From positions 18,154 through 82,153 of IMG/VR virus record IMGVR_UViG_3300012931_000019: DNA of 64,000 nt. The stretch is one strand, 5' to 3'. The number at the start of each line of letters is the position of its first letter. Positions within the stretch are counted from its first letter, which is position 1. A program made the position numbers and the translations under genes. This DNA is from a virus. Below are positions 31,517 through 42,299 of this stretch, one piece after another. A model generated the notes under the pieces. It was not told where the DNA came from. It did no database searches and saw only the letters and a program-made list of their open reading frames with translations.

Positions 31517-32065
31517 ATGTCAAATCATGCGATTTTAGTTCAAGATTCTGTACAGGCGATGAACATTGATGCTTATAATAGAAAAGCAAAAGGTTCTGCC
31601 GATATCGATAACGGTAATGTATTTTATTTAGCCGCAAAAACAGGTACTGCTGGTGAAGGTGAAGTTTGGAGTGCAACACAGCCAGCTACTGGAAGTGGAT
31701 TGTTATTTTCTTTACATTATATTGGTACATCTTATGTGTCTATTGCTGATGGTTCAGTAGGAACACAAAGAGCTACGGCATATCAATTTGAAGTGGTAAA
31801 TAATGATACTGGTATGTGGATGGCTTATAGTCCTGAAATTGTTACTGTTGTAACTGCATCTGGTAAAATATATAAGGGAATTGATCCCGATCCCAGAGAT
31901 TTCACGAATGTTTCTGGTGAGGTATTTGACGCTTTTAAGCCGCAGGTTGGTGATCTTATTACAATGACCGCTGATGGTATTACTGGTAGTAAAACAACTG
32001 GAGATTATGCTGTTGCAACTAATGGTCAATATGCTCTTGCGTGGGCTTCTGCCGCTAATAGCTAA
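31517..32065 (+). CDS. Capsid decoration protein (YonC-like)
   Basis: DIDNG motif; immediately upstream of the major capsid gene. Confidence 0.7.
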   Translation: MSNHAILVQDSVQAMNIDAYNRKAKGSADIDNGNVFYLAAKTGTAGEGEVWSATQPATGSGLLFSLHYIGTSYVSIADGSVGTQRATAYQFEVVNNDTGMWMAYSPEIVTVVTASGKIYKGIDPDPRDFTNVSGEVFDAFKPQVGDLITMTADGITGSKTTGDYAVATNGQYALAWASAANS

Positions 32066-32121
32066 AATTAATTAACTAAAATTATAAATATTGTAAAAAT
32101 TATTAAGGAGGAAATAAATTC

Positions 32122-33240
32122 ATGATTACAAGAATTCCGAACAATGTAGTAGCCTTTGCGGGTGAAAAAATTGACATATATAAGCAGTTTAAAGACTACT
32201 TTAATCACTATCATGATAAGAATGGTAGCAGAAAGGGATTGTATAGCGAAACTAATAGTGAAGGTAAAATCGTTTCCCTTTCTGATAAAGAAGAGAGAAT
32301 CAATAAGGCTGTAATGGAAGAGATAGCTAGAATGGCTAATTTACCTACAGTTGAAGGTATCGCCCCAGAAGTATTGGCTACTCATCCGTCTTATGCATGG
32401 GCTACTTTTGCAGTAATTGGTGCGATGGTTGATACAATTCTGCCTGATGCATTGATTGACTCTATTGGACTTTATACTGATGTTAGAGTTGCTGGATATG
32501 GTAATTCTCTTTCATTTGATATTAAACCAAGAGACTTATTTGTAGTTTCTAAGGGTTCTAAGAATAAGAGATATGGAGAAGTACATAAGCAGTTTAATGG
32601 TCAGGTTACGCTTGCTCCAGAATTTCATGATATTACGGTTCAGGTTTCACTTTATAATGTTCTTGCAGGAAAAGAAAATCTGGCTGAATTCGCAATGAAA
32701 GCGGCGAAATCTCTTGAAGCACAGATGACTATTGATGCATTCACTGCATTCAATACTGCTATGGGTGCACTTGACAATGCTGGTGATGATGCTCTTAGAT
32801 TTTCTGGATATTCTCAATCTACTCTTGTTGAACTTGCTCAGAAAGTAACGGCTTGGAATGGTGGTAATAAGGCGGTTATCGTAGGAACGCAATTGGCGGC
32901 TCAGAATGTATTACCTGAAGATGCAAACTACAGATATGAAATTGATAGCGAATTTGTAAAGATTGGTTATATTAAGACTGCGTTTAATTACGATGTTATG
33001 GTTTTACCGCAGGTTGCTGATTATAGAACACCGTTTAAGCTTGCGCTGGATGATACTAAACTTTATGTATTATCTCCATCTGCTAATAAAATTATTAAGA
33101 TGGGTCTTGGTGGAGCAACTATTTCTATTACTAATGGTGTGTATGACAATGCCAATCTTTCTCAGAACACTACAATGAAGAAAGAATGGGCAACTGCTGT
33201 AGCCACAAACGCTGTCGCGGGTGTAATTGAACTTTCGTAA
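32122..33240 (+). CDS. Major capsid protein (YonB-like)
   Basis: 372 aa, strong RBS, position after scaffold and decoration genes, followed by a terminator. Confidence 0.85.
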   Translation: MITRIPNNVVAFAGEKIDIYKQFKDYFNHYHDKNGSRKGLYSETNSEGKIVSLSDKEERINKAVMEEIARMANLPTVEGIAPEVLATHPSYAWATFAVIGAMVDTILPDALIDSIGLYTDVRVAGYGNSLSFDIKPRDLFVVSKGSKNKRYGEVHKQFNGQVTLAPEFHDITVQVSLYNVLAGKENLAEFAMKAAKSLEAQMTIDAFTAFNTAMGALDNAGDDALRFSGYSQSTLVELAQKVTAWNGGNKAVIVGTQLAAQNVLPEDANYRYEIDSEFVKIGYIKTAFNYDVMVLPQVADYRTPFKLALDDTKLYVLSPSANKIIKMGLGGATISITNGVYDNANLSQNTTMKKEWATAVATNAVAGVIELS

Positions 33241-33250
33241 TAAAAATATA

Positions 33251-33279
33251 AAGAGAAGGGTAATCCCCTTCTCTTTATT
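33251..33279 (+). terminator. Intrinsic terminator after the capsid gene
   Basis: AAGAGAAGGG-TAATC-CCCTTCTCTT followed by a T/A tract. Confidence 0.75.
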
Positions 33280-33321
33280 ATAAAATTTAGAAAATAAAGA
33301 ATAAAAGGAGAATAAATAAAA

Positions 33322-34011
33322 ATGGCCGGAAGACCTAAAGGTAGTGGTGCTACATCAAAGAGTGCAACACCAAAAAATAATGAATCTGATATAAAAAAAG
33401 AAAATGAACAATTAAAAAAAGAATTAGATGAAATTAAAAAGATGTTAGCAGGACTTACTCAAAATAAATCTGAAAAAGTAGAGGTTAAGAGTGAAGCTAA
33501 TTACATAATTGAAGATAATGAAGTTGAAATTAAACAGAATAAATATATTAAAGTAATGTCTCTTACTTTTGGTAAGTTGGTTTTATCAACTGAAGGTAAA
33601 GGCAGAGGGAAAATATTTGTTTTTAACAAGTTTGGAGAAGTTAAGAATATTATTTATTCCGATTTGGCGAATTTAATTCATCATCAACAGACATTTGCCG
33701 AAGCAGGAAAGTTTTATATTTTTGATAAAAATGTAGTGAGAAATCACGGGTTAGATGAATACTATGCAAAATTTTTAACCAAAGAAATTATAGAAAATAT
33801 ACTCAATTATAATAGAGATGAAATTATAAATCTTTTCAATCATACTACCACATCTCAACAAGAAACAATAGTTAATATTTTAATTAAGAAAATTGTTGAA
33901 GGTGAAGATGTTGATATAGCAAAAGTAGACATAATTTCAAGACTTTCAGACACAAATATTTATGATATTGCAAGGGATAAAATTCAAGAAAAAGAATTAT
34001 TAAAAGAATAG
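33322..34011 (+). CDS. YonA-like phage protein
   Basis: Basic N-terminus plus coiled coil; syntenic after the capsid gene. Confidence 0.7.
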   Translation: MAGRPKGSGATSKSATPKNNESDIKKENEQLKKELDEIKKMLAGLTQNKSEKVEVKSEANYIIEDNEVEIKQNKYIKVMSLTFGKLVLSTEGKGRGKIFVFNKFGEVKNIIYSDLANLIHHQQTFAEAGKFYIFDKNVVRNHGLDEYYAKFLTKEIIENILNYNRDEIINLFNHTTTSQQETIVNILIKKIVEGEDVDIAKVDIISRLSDTNIYDIARDKIQEKELLKE

Positions 34012-34023
34012 TGAGGTGAAAAT

Positions 34024-34482
34024 ATGACAACCTCATTCGATGAGATATATGATTTAGCATTAGTAAGTTTTAGAGATTATAAGCTTGATCAACTTTATGA
34101 TATTTCAGAAAGTGATTTTAAGAATGTGCTTCAAGGATATCTTTTTAAGGCAATTCCTAAATTTACTAATTGTAAAAAAGATTTGGAAGATATAAATACA
34201 ACAACTAAACAATTTAATTCAATATTAACTTTGACTGAACAGGTTATTTTATCTGATTGTACTGTAATTGAATGGATGACACCTAAAATATTAGATATTA
34301 CACAAATGGAATTGCATTTGAATGATACCGATTACAAACATTATTCTGAACAACAGAATTTAAAAGGTAAACAAGATGCCCAAAATGTTTTAAGAGAGAA
34401 AATAAATCAAGATATGGTAAATTATGGATTAAAGAATATTCCTTGGTCGGAGTGGGCAGGAGGGAATTTCTTTGGAACATAA
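34024..34482 (+). CDS. Head-tail connector protein (YomZ-like)
   Basis: MTTSFDEIYD start; synteny. Confidence 0.7.
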   Translation: MTTSFDEIYDLALVSFRDYKLDQLYDISESDFKNVLQGYLFKAIPKFTNCKKDLEDINTTTKQFNSILTLTEQVILSDCTVIEWMTPKILDITQMELHLNDTDYKHYSEQQNLKGKQDAQNVLREKINQDMVNYGLKNIPWSEWAGGNFFGT

Positions 34483-34807
34483 AGAATTACTTATTAAATA
34501 TTATAAAAGACTAATAAATAACATCTATAAATGTTTGCCGATTTTTGAAGGGGTAAAATATAAGACTAAAGAAATTATATATCTTCCTGAAGAAGCTTAT
34601 AAAAACTATCAAATTCATTTGGGTAATTTATTAGTTGAAATATATGGTAATTGTCAACTTTTCTTTTGTTCAGATAACTCTATTAAGCTCACCAGTATAA
34701 TGAAAGGCATGATTACAGAAACAGAACATACAAGTATAAAGCGTTTGACGATGGAATGTATTAATCTTTGTAAGAAAATTATAAAAGAGATTGAAGAGAA
34801 GGAGTGA
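34472..34807 (+). CDS. Hypothetical virion-module protein (YomY-like)
   Basis: Overlapping operon gene; IYKCLPIFE motif. Confidence 0.6.
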   Translation: MEHKELLIKYYKRLINNIYKCLPIFEGVKYKTKEIIYLPEEAYKNYQIHLGNLLVEIYGNCQLFFCSDNSIKLTSIMKGMITETEHTSIKRLTMECINLCKKIIKEIEEKE

Positions 34808-36072
34808 ATACTATGTCTTTACCAATTTATGAATCGTGGAAAAAAGTAGCAGTAACTCCTTCTGAATATTGGAAAGAAAGTTTACAAGCATTAAGTAATA
34901 ATACTTTTGAAAATGCCAGTGATGTTTTTACTGTACAAGAAGAACAAACCTTTGGTGCATTAGATTGGTCATCTGATTTAACTGTTAGAATTACTCATGT
35001 ATTTTCAGATAGACAAACCGGAGAAAAATTAGGTGATGATTTTAGAAATTTAATATTTCCTGATTTAACACGCACATGTGTTTTAGGGCAAAGGTATTCA
35101 TTTGATAGTAATTATTGGATTACAACTAATACAGATAAATATAAGTATCCTACAATTTCAGCAGTTATCCGCAGATGTAACAATGTATTAAAAAATTATG
35201 ATTCCGATGGTGTATTACATACTGAGCCTTGCATTATTGACTATACGGTTAGAAGTGTTGATTTTGATTTTAATCAAAATATTATTATTCCTGATGGACA
35301 TACGACAATAATCATTCAAGGGAATGATTGGACTAAGACTTTTAAATTAAATCAAAGATTTATGTTTGGTGGTCAGGCATGGAAATGTACTTACTTGAAC
35401 AATTATCAGAGAACAAGCACTCTTGATGAAGATAGTGTAAATATTATTCGTATGGTTTTAATGAAAGATTCAATAGATACAGCTAACGATAATGTAACAG
35501 AAAATATTCCAAATGAAAATCAGTACGTATATACAATTTCTATTGATCAAACTGATTTTGAAGGAAATGTTGATGATACTGGTACAATTACGGCAAGTAT
35601 TTTTCTGAATGGGGAATTGGTGGACAAAGATATTACATTTACCAGTTCTGATACTGATATTGCAACGATTAATTCTACCAGCGGAGCTTATACTTTGATT
35701 GCCGAGGGTGATGTGACATTTACCGCTACTATGACTGATAATAGTTTAATTAGTGATTCCGTAAATGTTACAGTAACCGCAAGTGTAGTAGATACATATC
35801 AGGTTATTATTAGTCCAAGTGTGAATGAAATATATTTTGACGAATCCCAGAGTTATTCATGTTATTTATATAAAAATAATGAACAACAGAGTGGCAGTGT
35901 AAGTGTAAGTGCTTCTGGAATTTCAACTACTTATTATACACTGACGATTGTAGACGGAAATCATTTTACAATAACCAATCTAAAGGCTTATAGTGCTGGA
36001 AAGTTAACCTTGACCTGTACGTTGAGTAGCTATTCAAGTACTTTAGAAATCAGCTTAAAAGGTGCATTTTAA
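34804..36072 (+). CDS. Head-tail joining protein with Ig-like domains (YomX-like)
   Basis: IRRCNN motif; Big_2-like ITFTSSDTDIATIN. Confidence 0.7.
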   Translation: MNTMSLPIYESWKKVAVTPSEYWKESLQALSNNTFENASDVFTVQEEQTFGALDWSSDLTVRITHVFSDRQTGEKLGDDFRNLIFPDLTRTCVLGQRYSFDSNYWITTNTDKYKYPTISAVIRRCNNVLKNYDSDGVLHTEPCIIDYTVRSVDFDFNQNIIIPDGHTTIIIQGNDWTKTFKLNQRFMFGGQAWKCTYLNNYQRTSTLDEDSVNIIRMVLMKDSIDTANDNVTENIPNENQYVYTISIDQTDFEGNVDDTGTITASIFLNGELVDKDITFTSSDTDIATINSTSGAYTLIAEGDVTFTATMTDNSLISDSVNVTVTASVVDTYQVIISPSVNEIYFDESQSYSCYLYKNNEQQSGSVSVSASGISTTYYTLTIVDGNHFTITNLKAYSAGKLTLTCTLSSYSSTLEISLKGAF

Positions 36073-36100
36073 TGGAATTTTATAAAGGAGGTAATGTAGT

Positions 36101-36604
36101 TTGGGATATTTTAAAGAGTTAAATCAAAATATAAATGTTATTCTTAAATTGATTTTTAAAAATCAAGATTTATTAAAATATTTAAAATATGGAGATGAAC
36201 TTCCTCTTAGCAATCCAGACATAATATCTCCTAGAAGTTTAATAAATGAAAATATATTTTTAACACCAAAAACCCCAGATGCCATAACAGAACAATGCTC
36301 TATTCTTAATATATATTTTATTTCTAGCAAACCTTATAGAAAGAACAGTGGTTTTCGAGAATTGTATTTATGTTTTGATATTATGTGTCATTTGGATATT
36401 TGGATGTTAGATGATAGTAAAATAAGACCTTATTGCATTTGTGAAGAAATTGATACCATGTTTAACAACCAACAAATTTCCGAGTTATCACTTAACAGGG
36501 TTTATTTTGAGAATGATGTGATAGTAAAATACTCTGATTATTTTTATGGTTATAGATTAACTTATAAATTATCAAGTGATTCAAATGTGGGGTGTCGAGA
36601 GTGA
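36101..36604 (+). CDS. Tail completion/terminator protein (YomW-like)
   Basis: LLKYLKY...FDIMCH...RPYCI motifs; synteny. Confidence 0.65.
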   Translation: MGYFKELNQNINVILKLIFKNQDLLKYLKYGDELPLSNPDIISPRSLINENIFLTPKTPDAITEQCSILNIYFISSKPYRKNSGFRELYLCFDIMCHLDIWMLDDSKIRPYCICEEIDTMFNNQQISELSLNRVYFENDVIVKYSDYFYGYRLTYKLSSDSNVGCRE

Positions 36605-37320
36605 TAGATGAATTAATGCTGTTAAAGGGACATGATTATAAATTAAAAAATAAGGTCACTATTAAACATCCTACTTTGCAGGAGATATATGATTTTGGTG
36701 AAGAAGAGTATTATAAAATTGTTCATATTTTTACCTGTCAACCCTACGAATATATGGTTTATTTGGATGATGTGGGAATTGATTATGAAACTATTGATGC
36801 TTACGATTTATTTATTATGCTCTATAATTCTGGGATGTACTTAAATGGATTGAAATGGTTAATGGATATTGATGATTTTATTTTGAGTCAGTATGTTAAA
36901 AATGGAATGGTTTGTCTCTTTTCTAAAAAAAAAGATTTTGTTTTGGATAAATTTATCTATTATCAAATTTCTGAATATTTACAAAAAATTAATTTTGTTA
37001 ATATCAAGAGTCAATATAATCCAGCTAACAGTATTACTAAAAAGAAAATTATTGAACAAGAACGGAAAAAGCTGAAAAGACAAAAAAATAAAGAATTTAA
37101 ATCAATATTAAAAAGTAAAATTTCAGCATTGGTATGGGGGAATACATCCGGTATTTCTTTGAAAAATGTTTGGGATTTATATATATATCAAATGTATGAT
37201 GGTTTATATAGATTAAATAAAATAAAAAATTATAACAATGTAATGAACGGCTATTATTTCGGTACGGTTGATATTAAAAAAGTCAATATGGATGAAATAA
37301 ATTGGCTGTCAGAAATTTAA
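36592..37320 (+). CDS. YomV-like phage protein
   Basis: HPTLQEI...IYQMYD...GYYFG; synteny. Confidence 0.65.
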   Translation: MSRVIDELMLLKGHDYKLKNKVTIKHPTLQEIYDFGEEEYYKIVHIFTCQPYEYMVYLDDVGIDYETIDAYDLFIMLYNSGMYLNGLKWLMDIDDFILSQYVKNGMVCLFSKKKDFVLDKFIYYQISEYLQKINFVNIKSQYNPANSITKKKIIEQERKKLKRQKNKEFKSILKSKISALVWGNTSGISLKNVWDLYIYQMYDGLYRLNKIKNYNNVMNGYYFGTVDIKKVNMDEINWLSEI

Positions 37321-37340
37321 TAACATAAGGAGGAAGATAT

Positions 37341-38150
37341 ATGTCTATTGATACTTCAAAATTTGCCCTGCAAGCTGTATTTGAAGTTAAGGTTTTTGAC
37401 CTTGATACAGGTGTTTGTTTAGCATTGCTTGATGATTTAAAGGAAACAACTTGGGAAAATAATGGTGAGGTTGTTTATGCACAGGGTGGCAGAGGTAATC
37501 CTAAAATTATAGGGTTTGGACATTCTAAAACGTCTACATTGAGTACCCAAAATGCAGTAATTATAGCTGGAGCATTAGCTATACAAACTGGTACAGATAT
37601 GGAAACAGTAACTAGTTCTACAGCAGTTACTTTTACAGATATCTTAACTGTGACCGATGATGCGGCTACTACTACTTTTACAGCTACGGGAACAACCGGA
37701 GCTGAAATTGGTTTCGCATATGTTCTCAATGATGATGGAACATTAGGCACGATGTATACCCAAGCGGCGACAGTGGCAACTGGTAAATTTACATATACCA
37801 CTGGAACTAAGAAAATTACGTTTAATACTGATGAAGTTACAGACTCAACAAAAATTATTGTATTTTATAAGCCTACACTTGCATCTGGATTACATATTGT
37901 AAATGAAACTGATGCATTTGCTAAGAATGTTAAAATTATTGCAGATGGTTTATTTAGAGATACTTGTAGTAGTGTAGATTATGCTGGACAGCTAATTTTT
38001 GATAAAGCAAAAACACAAGAAGGGTATACTTTTACTTTAACTGCAAGTGGCGATCCTGCTGTTCAAGATTTGAAGTTTGAAGCACTTAAATCTTGTACTG
38101 CTAATAAATTGTGGGATTTGTATATTTACAGCGAAGATGATTTGTCATAA
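37341..38150 (+). CDS. Major tail tube protein (YomU-like)
   Basis: GGRGNPKII motif; T/A-rich; AAGGAGG RBS. Confidence 0.8.
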   Translation: MSIDTSKFALQAVFEVKVFDLDTGVCLALLDDLKETTWENNGEVVYAQGGRGNPKIIGFGHSKTSTLSTQNAVIIAGALAIQTGTDMETVTSSTAVTFTDILTVTDDAATTTFTATGTTGAEIGFAYVLNDDGTLGTMYTQAATVATGKFTYTTGTKKITFNTDEVTDSTKIIVFYKPTLASGLHIVNETDAFAKNVKIIADGLFRDTCSSVDYAGQLIFDKAKTQEGYTFTLTASGDPAVQDLKFEALKSCTANKLWDLYIYSEDDLS

Positions 38151-38227
38151 AAATAAAAATAAATAGGGTTTAAAAGCCCTATTTCATCCTATTTTTATTA
38201 TAAAGATGGGATGGGAAAGGGCTTTTT

Positions 38228-38389
38228 ATGGGTATTAAATTATATTGTAAAATATGCGGCAAGGAATTAAAATCTTGTATGTCTTGTTATGAAAGTGGGT
38301 TGCTTTATTGGAAAAATATTGCTTGTTGCAAAGAACATTTTATTGAGTATATAAACAAGGAAAGTGAAAGGAGAAGATTAGAAAAATGA
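38228..38389 (+). CDS. Small Cys-rich zinc-binding protein, 53 aa (not in ORF track)
   Basis: MGIKLYCKICGKELKSCMSC...WKNIACCKEHF; ATGA overlap with the next gene. Confidence 0.65.
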   Translation: MGIKLYCKICGKELKSCMSCYESGLLYWKNIACCKEHFIEYINKESERRRLEK

Positions 38390-38685
38390 AAGACTTACAT
38401 AGTTATGGTATGAAATATTCTATCAGAATGAAGTCCTTCGAAGGGGATTCTATTCACGATATTAAGGATTTTTATATCAATGATGCGGAAGACAATAAAT
38501 TTATTTCTGATTTAAATGATTTAGATTTTAATCTTTTAGATGCACAATATTTTATTATAACTGGATTTGTTTTTAAAGATATAATTGAAAAATTATGTAA
38601 AGAACAATATGATCTTGGATATAAACAAGGACAGAAAGAAAAAATTAAAAAGGTTCAAGAAAATGAACCATCTAATAATGAGTAG
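38386..38685 (+). CDS. Hypothetical protein
   Basis: 99-aa ORF with RBS. Confidence 0.65.
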   Translation: MKDLHSYGMKYSIRMKSFEGDSIHDIKDFYINDAEDNKFISDLNDLDFNLLDAQYFIITGFVFKDIIEKLCKEQYDLGYKQGQKEKIKKVQENEPSNNE

Positions 38686-38960
38686 GTAGTTTTTATACTA
38701 CCTACTTAACTTATGTTGAAATTTCAACGCCAAATCTTTAAACTTTTTAATCTTAGATTTTTTATAATCTTAACACAATCTTTTAGCCACACGGCGAAAT
38801 TTCAACAATAAACAAAATACAAAATAATATCAATTGGAAGTTTTAACAGATTCTTAATAAAAATAAACGTTAGAATTTCAACATTTTCGAAAATGAATTT
38901 TAAGGGAAAATCCCTTTTAAATAAAAAGAAATAACGAAATAACGAAAAGAGGTAATTTTT

Positions 38961-39299
38961 ATGATGACAATGAGTGATCGTTGGGTCTTTCAAAATGAAG
39001 CTACAACGACAGCAGATGGAGAAGCATTATTTTCTGGTAGATGGGATCAAGTAACTATATATATTACTGGAACTGCTACAAGTAGCACAGTAGTATTTGA
39101 AGGTTCTGACAAGGATGGAAATTGGTACAGTTTACCAGCTTTTAAAATGCCAGATTATACTTTAGCATCACAAACTACAGAACTTGATGAAGCATGGGTA
39201 ATAGATTTATCTAAATGGTATTCTGTTAGAGCGAGAATTGATTCAATTTCAGGTGGTTACATAACTATTGTTGGAAAAGTGGTGAACTCTAATGGTTAA
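38961..39299 (+). CDS. Small beta-sandwich virion protein
   Basis: TVVFEGS...VRARI motifs; coupled to the fibre gene. Confidence 0.6.
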   Translation: MMTMSDRWVFQNEATTTADGEALFSGRWDQVTIYITGTATSSTVVFEGSDKDGNWYSLPAFKMPDYTLASQTTELDEAWVIDLSKWYSVRARIDSISGGYITIVGKVVNSNG

Positions 39300-41679
39300 T
39301 CAAGATATTATAGGATTAGCAGTAAATGCTCTTAGAAATGCAAATGTCGATCCTTCCAATTATTTATATGTAGCTAAATCTGGAAGCGATTTAACGGGCG
39401 ATGGGAGTGCAGGAAAACCATATTTAACAGTTCAAAATGCTATTGATAATGCAAGTTCTGGTACAACACTGTTTATTTATCCCGGCACATATACAGAAAA
39501 TTTAACTTTAAAAGCTGGTGTGAATTTAACTACTTCAGCTAAATATAATACATATATTGTTGGTACAGTTACGGCAGATTTTACAGGTACAATTTTTGCG
39601 GAAAAAATTATATTTAAAAGTGCTACTGGTACAGTTCTTGATTTTAAAGGAACGGGAGTTCAAAATTTTCAATGTGCAATGTGTAATTTTGAATCTACTG
39701 GCACAAATGCAAATAGTGCAATTAATTGGACTAATAGTAATGCAAGTAGTAAAATATCGCTTAGTGATGGTGTTGTAACAGCTTATAGCTCTGCTTCAGG
39801 TGCAAGAGCATTTACAAGTTCTTCAATTGCCGCAGGAAGTTTAATTGCAAGCAATACTACATTCCAAGTATTAGATAATTTGGATAATATATGTATCAAT
39901 CTTGCGGGTTCACTTGTATTTACACATACATTAGATGCTATTAATGGACAGGTTGTTACAGCAAATACTGCAAGATTTTTAATTACGTTGGTTAGTTTAA
40001 CTACAAATACAGTACCTGTATTAGTTCATAACTCAACAAATACTACTTCTAGTGTGGCATCGAGTGTTGTTGTAACAACTACGGCAAGTCCAGTTATAAC
40101 AGGAATAGGAGCTTTTGCTCATGTTGCTATTATGTATGGAGGAACTGGTGCAGGTGGAAGTAGTACGATTAATGGAGGTTTAGGGCCAATTGGATTGCCA
40201 ATGGGGAGTGTTAAATTAAGATCGTCATCATTGGTTCCCGCCAACCAAATATCACTTGGATATAATACCGGAGCTTTTGAATTTACGGGAAGTGATTTAT
40301 ATCATACTATAAATACTAATAGATATAAAATGTCTATTTATCCAGAAGTTTATGCTTCACATACTTTATATGTAGATAATTCTCGTACCGATACATATAC
40401 TCCAGACGGTAGTGAGTCAAAACCGTATACTGATGTGCAAAGCGCACATAATGCAATAGGCGGGACTAATTATTTAACAGTAAATCAAAATAGTGTTGAA
40501 ACTGATTTAACTGGATTTGCGGCTAAATTAAGTGCTACATTATCAAGAGATACGACGGAATATAGGTTTGGAAGCGCATCGTTAAAAATTGTTACTCCGG
40601 GAACTGTGTCTGGTGAAGGTGTTACTTTAACAGGAAGTACCGTAACAGCATCAGTTAGTTATACTGCGGAAGTTTGGGTAAAAGGTTCAGGAACAGTTAC
40701 TTTGGCTCTACAGGAACAAACTTCAGGTGGAGTAGTTGTTGGTACTACCACAAAAGCAATCACGCTCTCATCTGTATGGACACGATATGAAATAGCAAGA
40801 ACATTTGGTACAACTGGTGTTTCGGCTGTAGTTTTATTATATACTTCTAGTACACAAGCTATTACTTTTTATGCGGATGGATTCAGAGTCGGATTAACTT
40901 CTCTTGTACCAAGTATTACTAATACTTATGGAATATCTGTAGCGTTGGGCATAAGGTATACTGGAACTTTAGACATTTGGAGAGATTATTTAACAATTTA
41001 TGGTCAAGGAGCGACAAAGGGTGCAGGATTTAAAGGGACAATTAATAATTGGTCGCCTCATCTAACAATATATGGTGTTCATTTAGTAGGAACTTCGAGT
41101 GCAACTAGAGATTGTTATTTTAATCAAACTATGAATGGTGATTATCTTCTTGAATTTAAAGAATGTAGATTGTCATATTGTACAATGAATGTTTCATCTA
41201 CGGGTACTACGGCTCAGAAAAATAATTCATATATACAAATTACGGGTGATTCTAATCTTTGGCAAAATAATACAATCAATATAACGGGCATAAATGGTTT
41301 TGCAGGAATGACTGGTGGTGCGTATGTGTCTAATACTGTTACTGTAACAGATAGTTATTTTTGTCCCGGCTGTTCTTGTGTGGATAGTTGCACAGTTAAT
41401 CTTGAGAGTGGCTCAACAAGTGAATTTTTTAGTATGTATGCAGTACGAAATACTACAAATCTCAAAACAGGTGCGACGCTATATGCTGATATTACTGCGC
41501 TGGCAGATATGAGCAATACGTTTAATAATACAGGCGGTACATTGATTCGCGTATCAGACCCACAAGTAAGAACTACAGTGCTTACTGGACTATCCACATC
41601 GACGAGTGCGGCAATTACCGAAACAGATACAATACTGGAAGCATTAGGGAAATTGCAAGCACAGATTAATGCTCTATAA
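39292..41679 (+). CDS. Tail fibre/spike with beta-helix and carbohydrate-binding modules
   Basis: YVAKSGSD...GDGS...KPYLTVQNAID cap motif present twice; CBM-like segment (YTAEVWVKG...WTRYE); C-terminal TDTILEALGKLQAQI. Confidence 0.75.
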   Translation: MVNQDIIGLAVNALRNANVDPSNYLYVAKSGSDLTGDGSAGKPYLTVQNAIDNASSGTTLFIYPGTYTENLTLKAGVNLTTSAKYNTYIVGTVTADFTGTIFAEKIIFKSATGTVLDFKGTGVQNFQCAMCNFESTGTNANSAINWTNSNASSKISLSDGVVTAYSSASGARAFTSSSIAAGSLIASNTTFQVLDNLDNICINLAGSLVFTHTLDAINGQVVTANTARFLITLVSLTTNTVPVLVHNSTNTTSSVASSVVVTTTASPVITGIGAFAHVAIMYGGTGAGGSSTINGGLGPIGLPMGSVKLRSSSLVPANQISLGYNTGAFEFTGSDLYHTINTNRYKMSIYPEVYASHTLYVDNSRTDTYTPDGSESKPYTDVQSAHNAIGGTNYLTVNQNSVETDLTGFAAKLSATLSRDTTEYRFGSASLKIVTPGTVSGEGVTLTGSTVTASVSYTAEVWVKGSGTVTLALQEQTSGGVVVGTTTKAITLSSVWTRYEIARTFGTTGVSAVVLLYTSSTQAITFYADGFRVGLTSLVPSITNTYGISVALGIRYTGTLDIWRDYLTIYGQGATKGAGFKGTINNWSPHLTIYGVHLVGTSSATRDCYFNQTMNGDYLLEFKECRLSYCTMNVSSTGTTAQKNNSYIQITGDSNLWQNNTINITGINGFAGMTGGAYVSNTVTVTDSYFCPGCSCVDSCTVNLESGSTSEFFSMYAVRNTTNLKTGATLYADITALADMSNTFNNTGGTLIRVSDPQVRTTVLTGLSTSTSAAITETDTILEALGKLQAQINAL

Positions 41680-41835
41680 TATGGGGATAATATAATAGAA
41701 TCAAATTCAGTTTTTAACGGAAGTTTAATAAGGGTGGAGTGAAATATCTTCGTCCTTATTATATTAGATTGAAATCGCAATTTTATATGAATTGAGTTTA
41801 TTAAATAAAATAATAAATAATTTTTAAATTTGTAC

Positions 41836-41863
41836 TTGACATTCTTTTCCAATGTGCTATAAT
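41836..41863 (+). promoter_or_regulatory. Consensus sigma-A promoter of the agr-like moron
   Basis: TTGACA-16 nt-TATAAT with extended TG and an upstream A-tract. Confidence 0.8.
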
Positions 41864-41890
41864 ACACATTAGAAAGGATGTTGAGAGAAG

Positions 41891-42295
41891 ATGAATAAGA
41901 TAAGAAAATATGTGACGATACCCGCAGTTATTGGGTCGGTATTAGTAATGATAGCTTTAATATATTATACAAGTAAATTTTATACAAATGCAGAATTATT
42001 ATTCCATCAGAATCAATTTAGCTTTTTTATTGCTTTTGCGTTAATTGTATTGTTTTTAATTCTTCTTTTATTTTATTATATTTTTATTGTAGGTAAAAGA
42101 TTTGAGAAAGCAATGAACGAGAGAGATGTAAAATTTGAGAAAATAATTAATGAAAAAGATGCGAAAATTGAAAGTCTGCTTAACGAAATTATTCAGCAAA
42201 ATGGAATTCATTCACAATGCACAGAAGAACATTTTGATCAAATAATTGAATCGAGTCAGATTATCAATGAATTAATTTTAGATACCAAGGGGTGA
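41891..42295 (+). CDS. Two-TM membrane protein with cytoplasmic coiled coil
   Basis: Two hydrophobic helices then a heptad-rich helix; first gene of the cassette. Confidence 0.7.
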   Translation: MNKIRKYVTIPAVIGSVLVMIALIYYTSKFYTNAELLFHQNQFSFFIAFALIVLFLILLLFYYIFIVGKRFEKAMNERDVKFEKIINEKDAKIESLLNEIIQQNGIHSQCTEEHFDQIIESSQIINELILDTKG

Positions 42296-42299
42296 TAAT

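Noticed and set aside
41891-42295. Holin/lysis cassette
   Set aside because: There is some BhlA-like resemblance, but no endolysin is adjacent and the gene heads a sigma-A operon ending in agrB; kept only as an alternative
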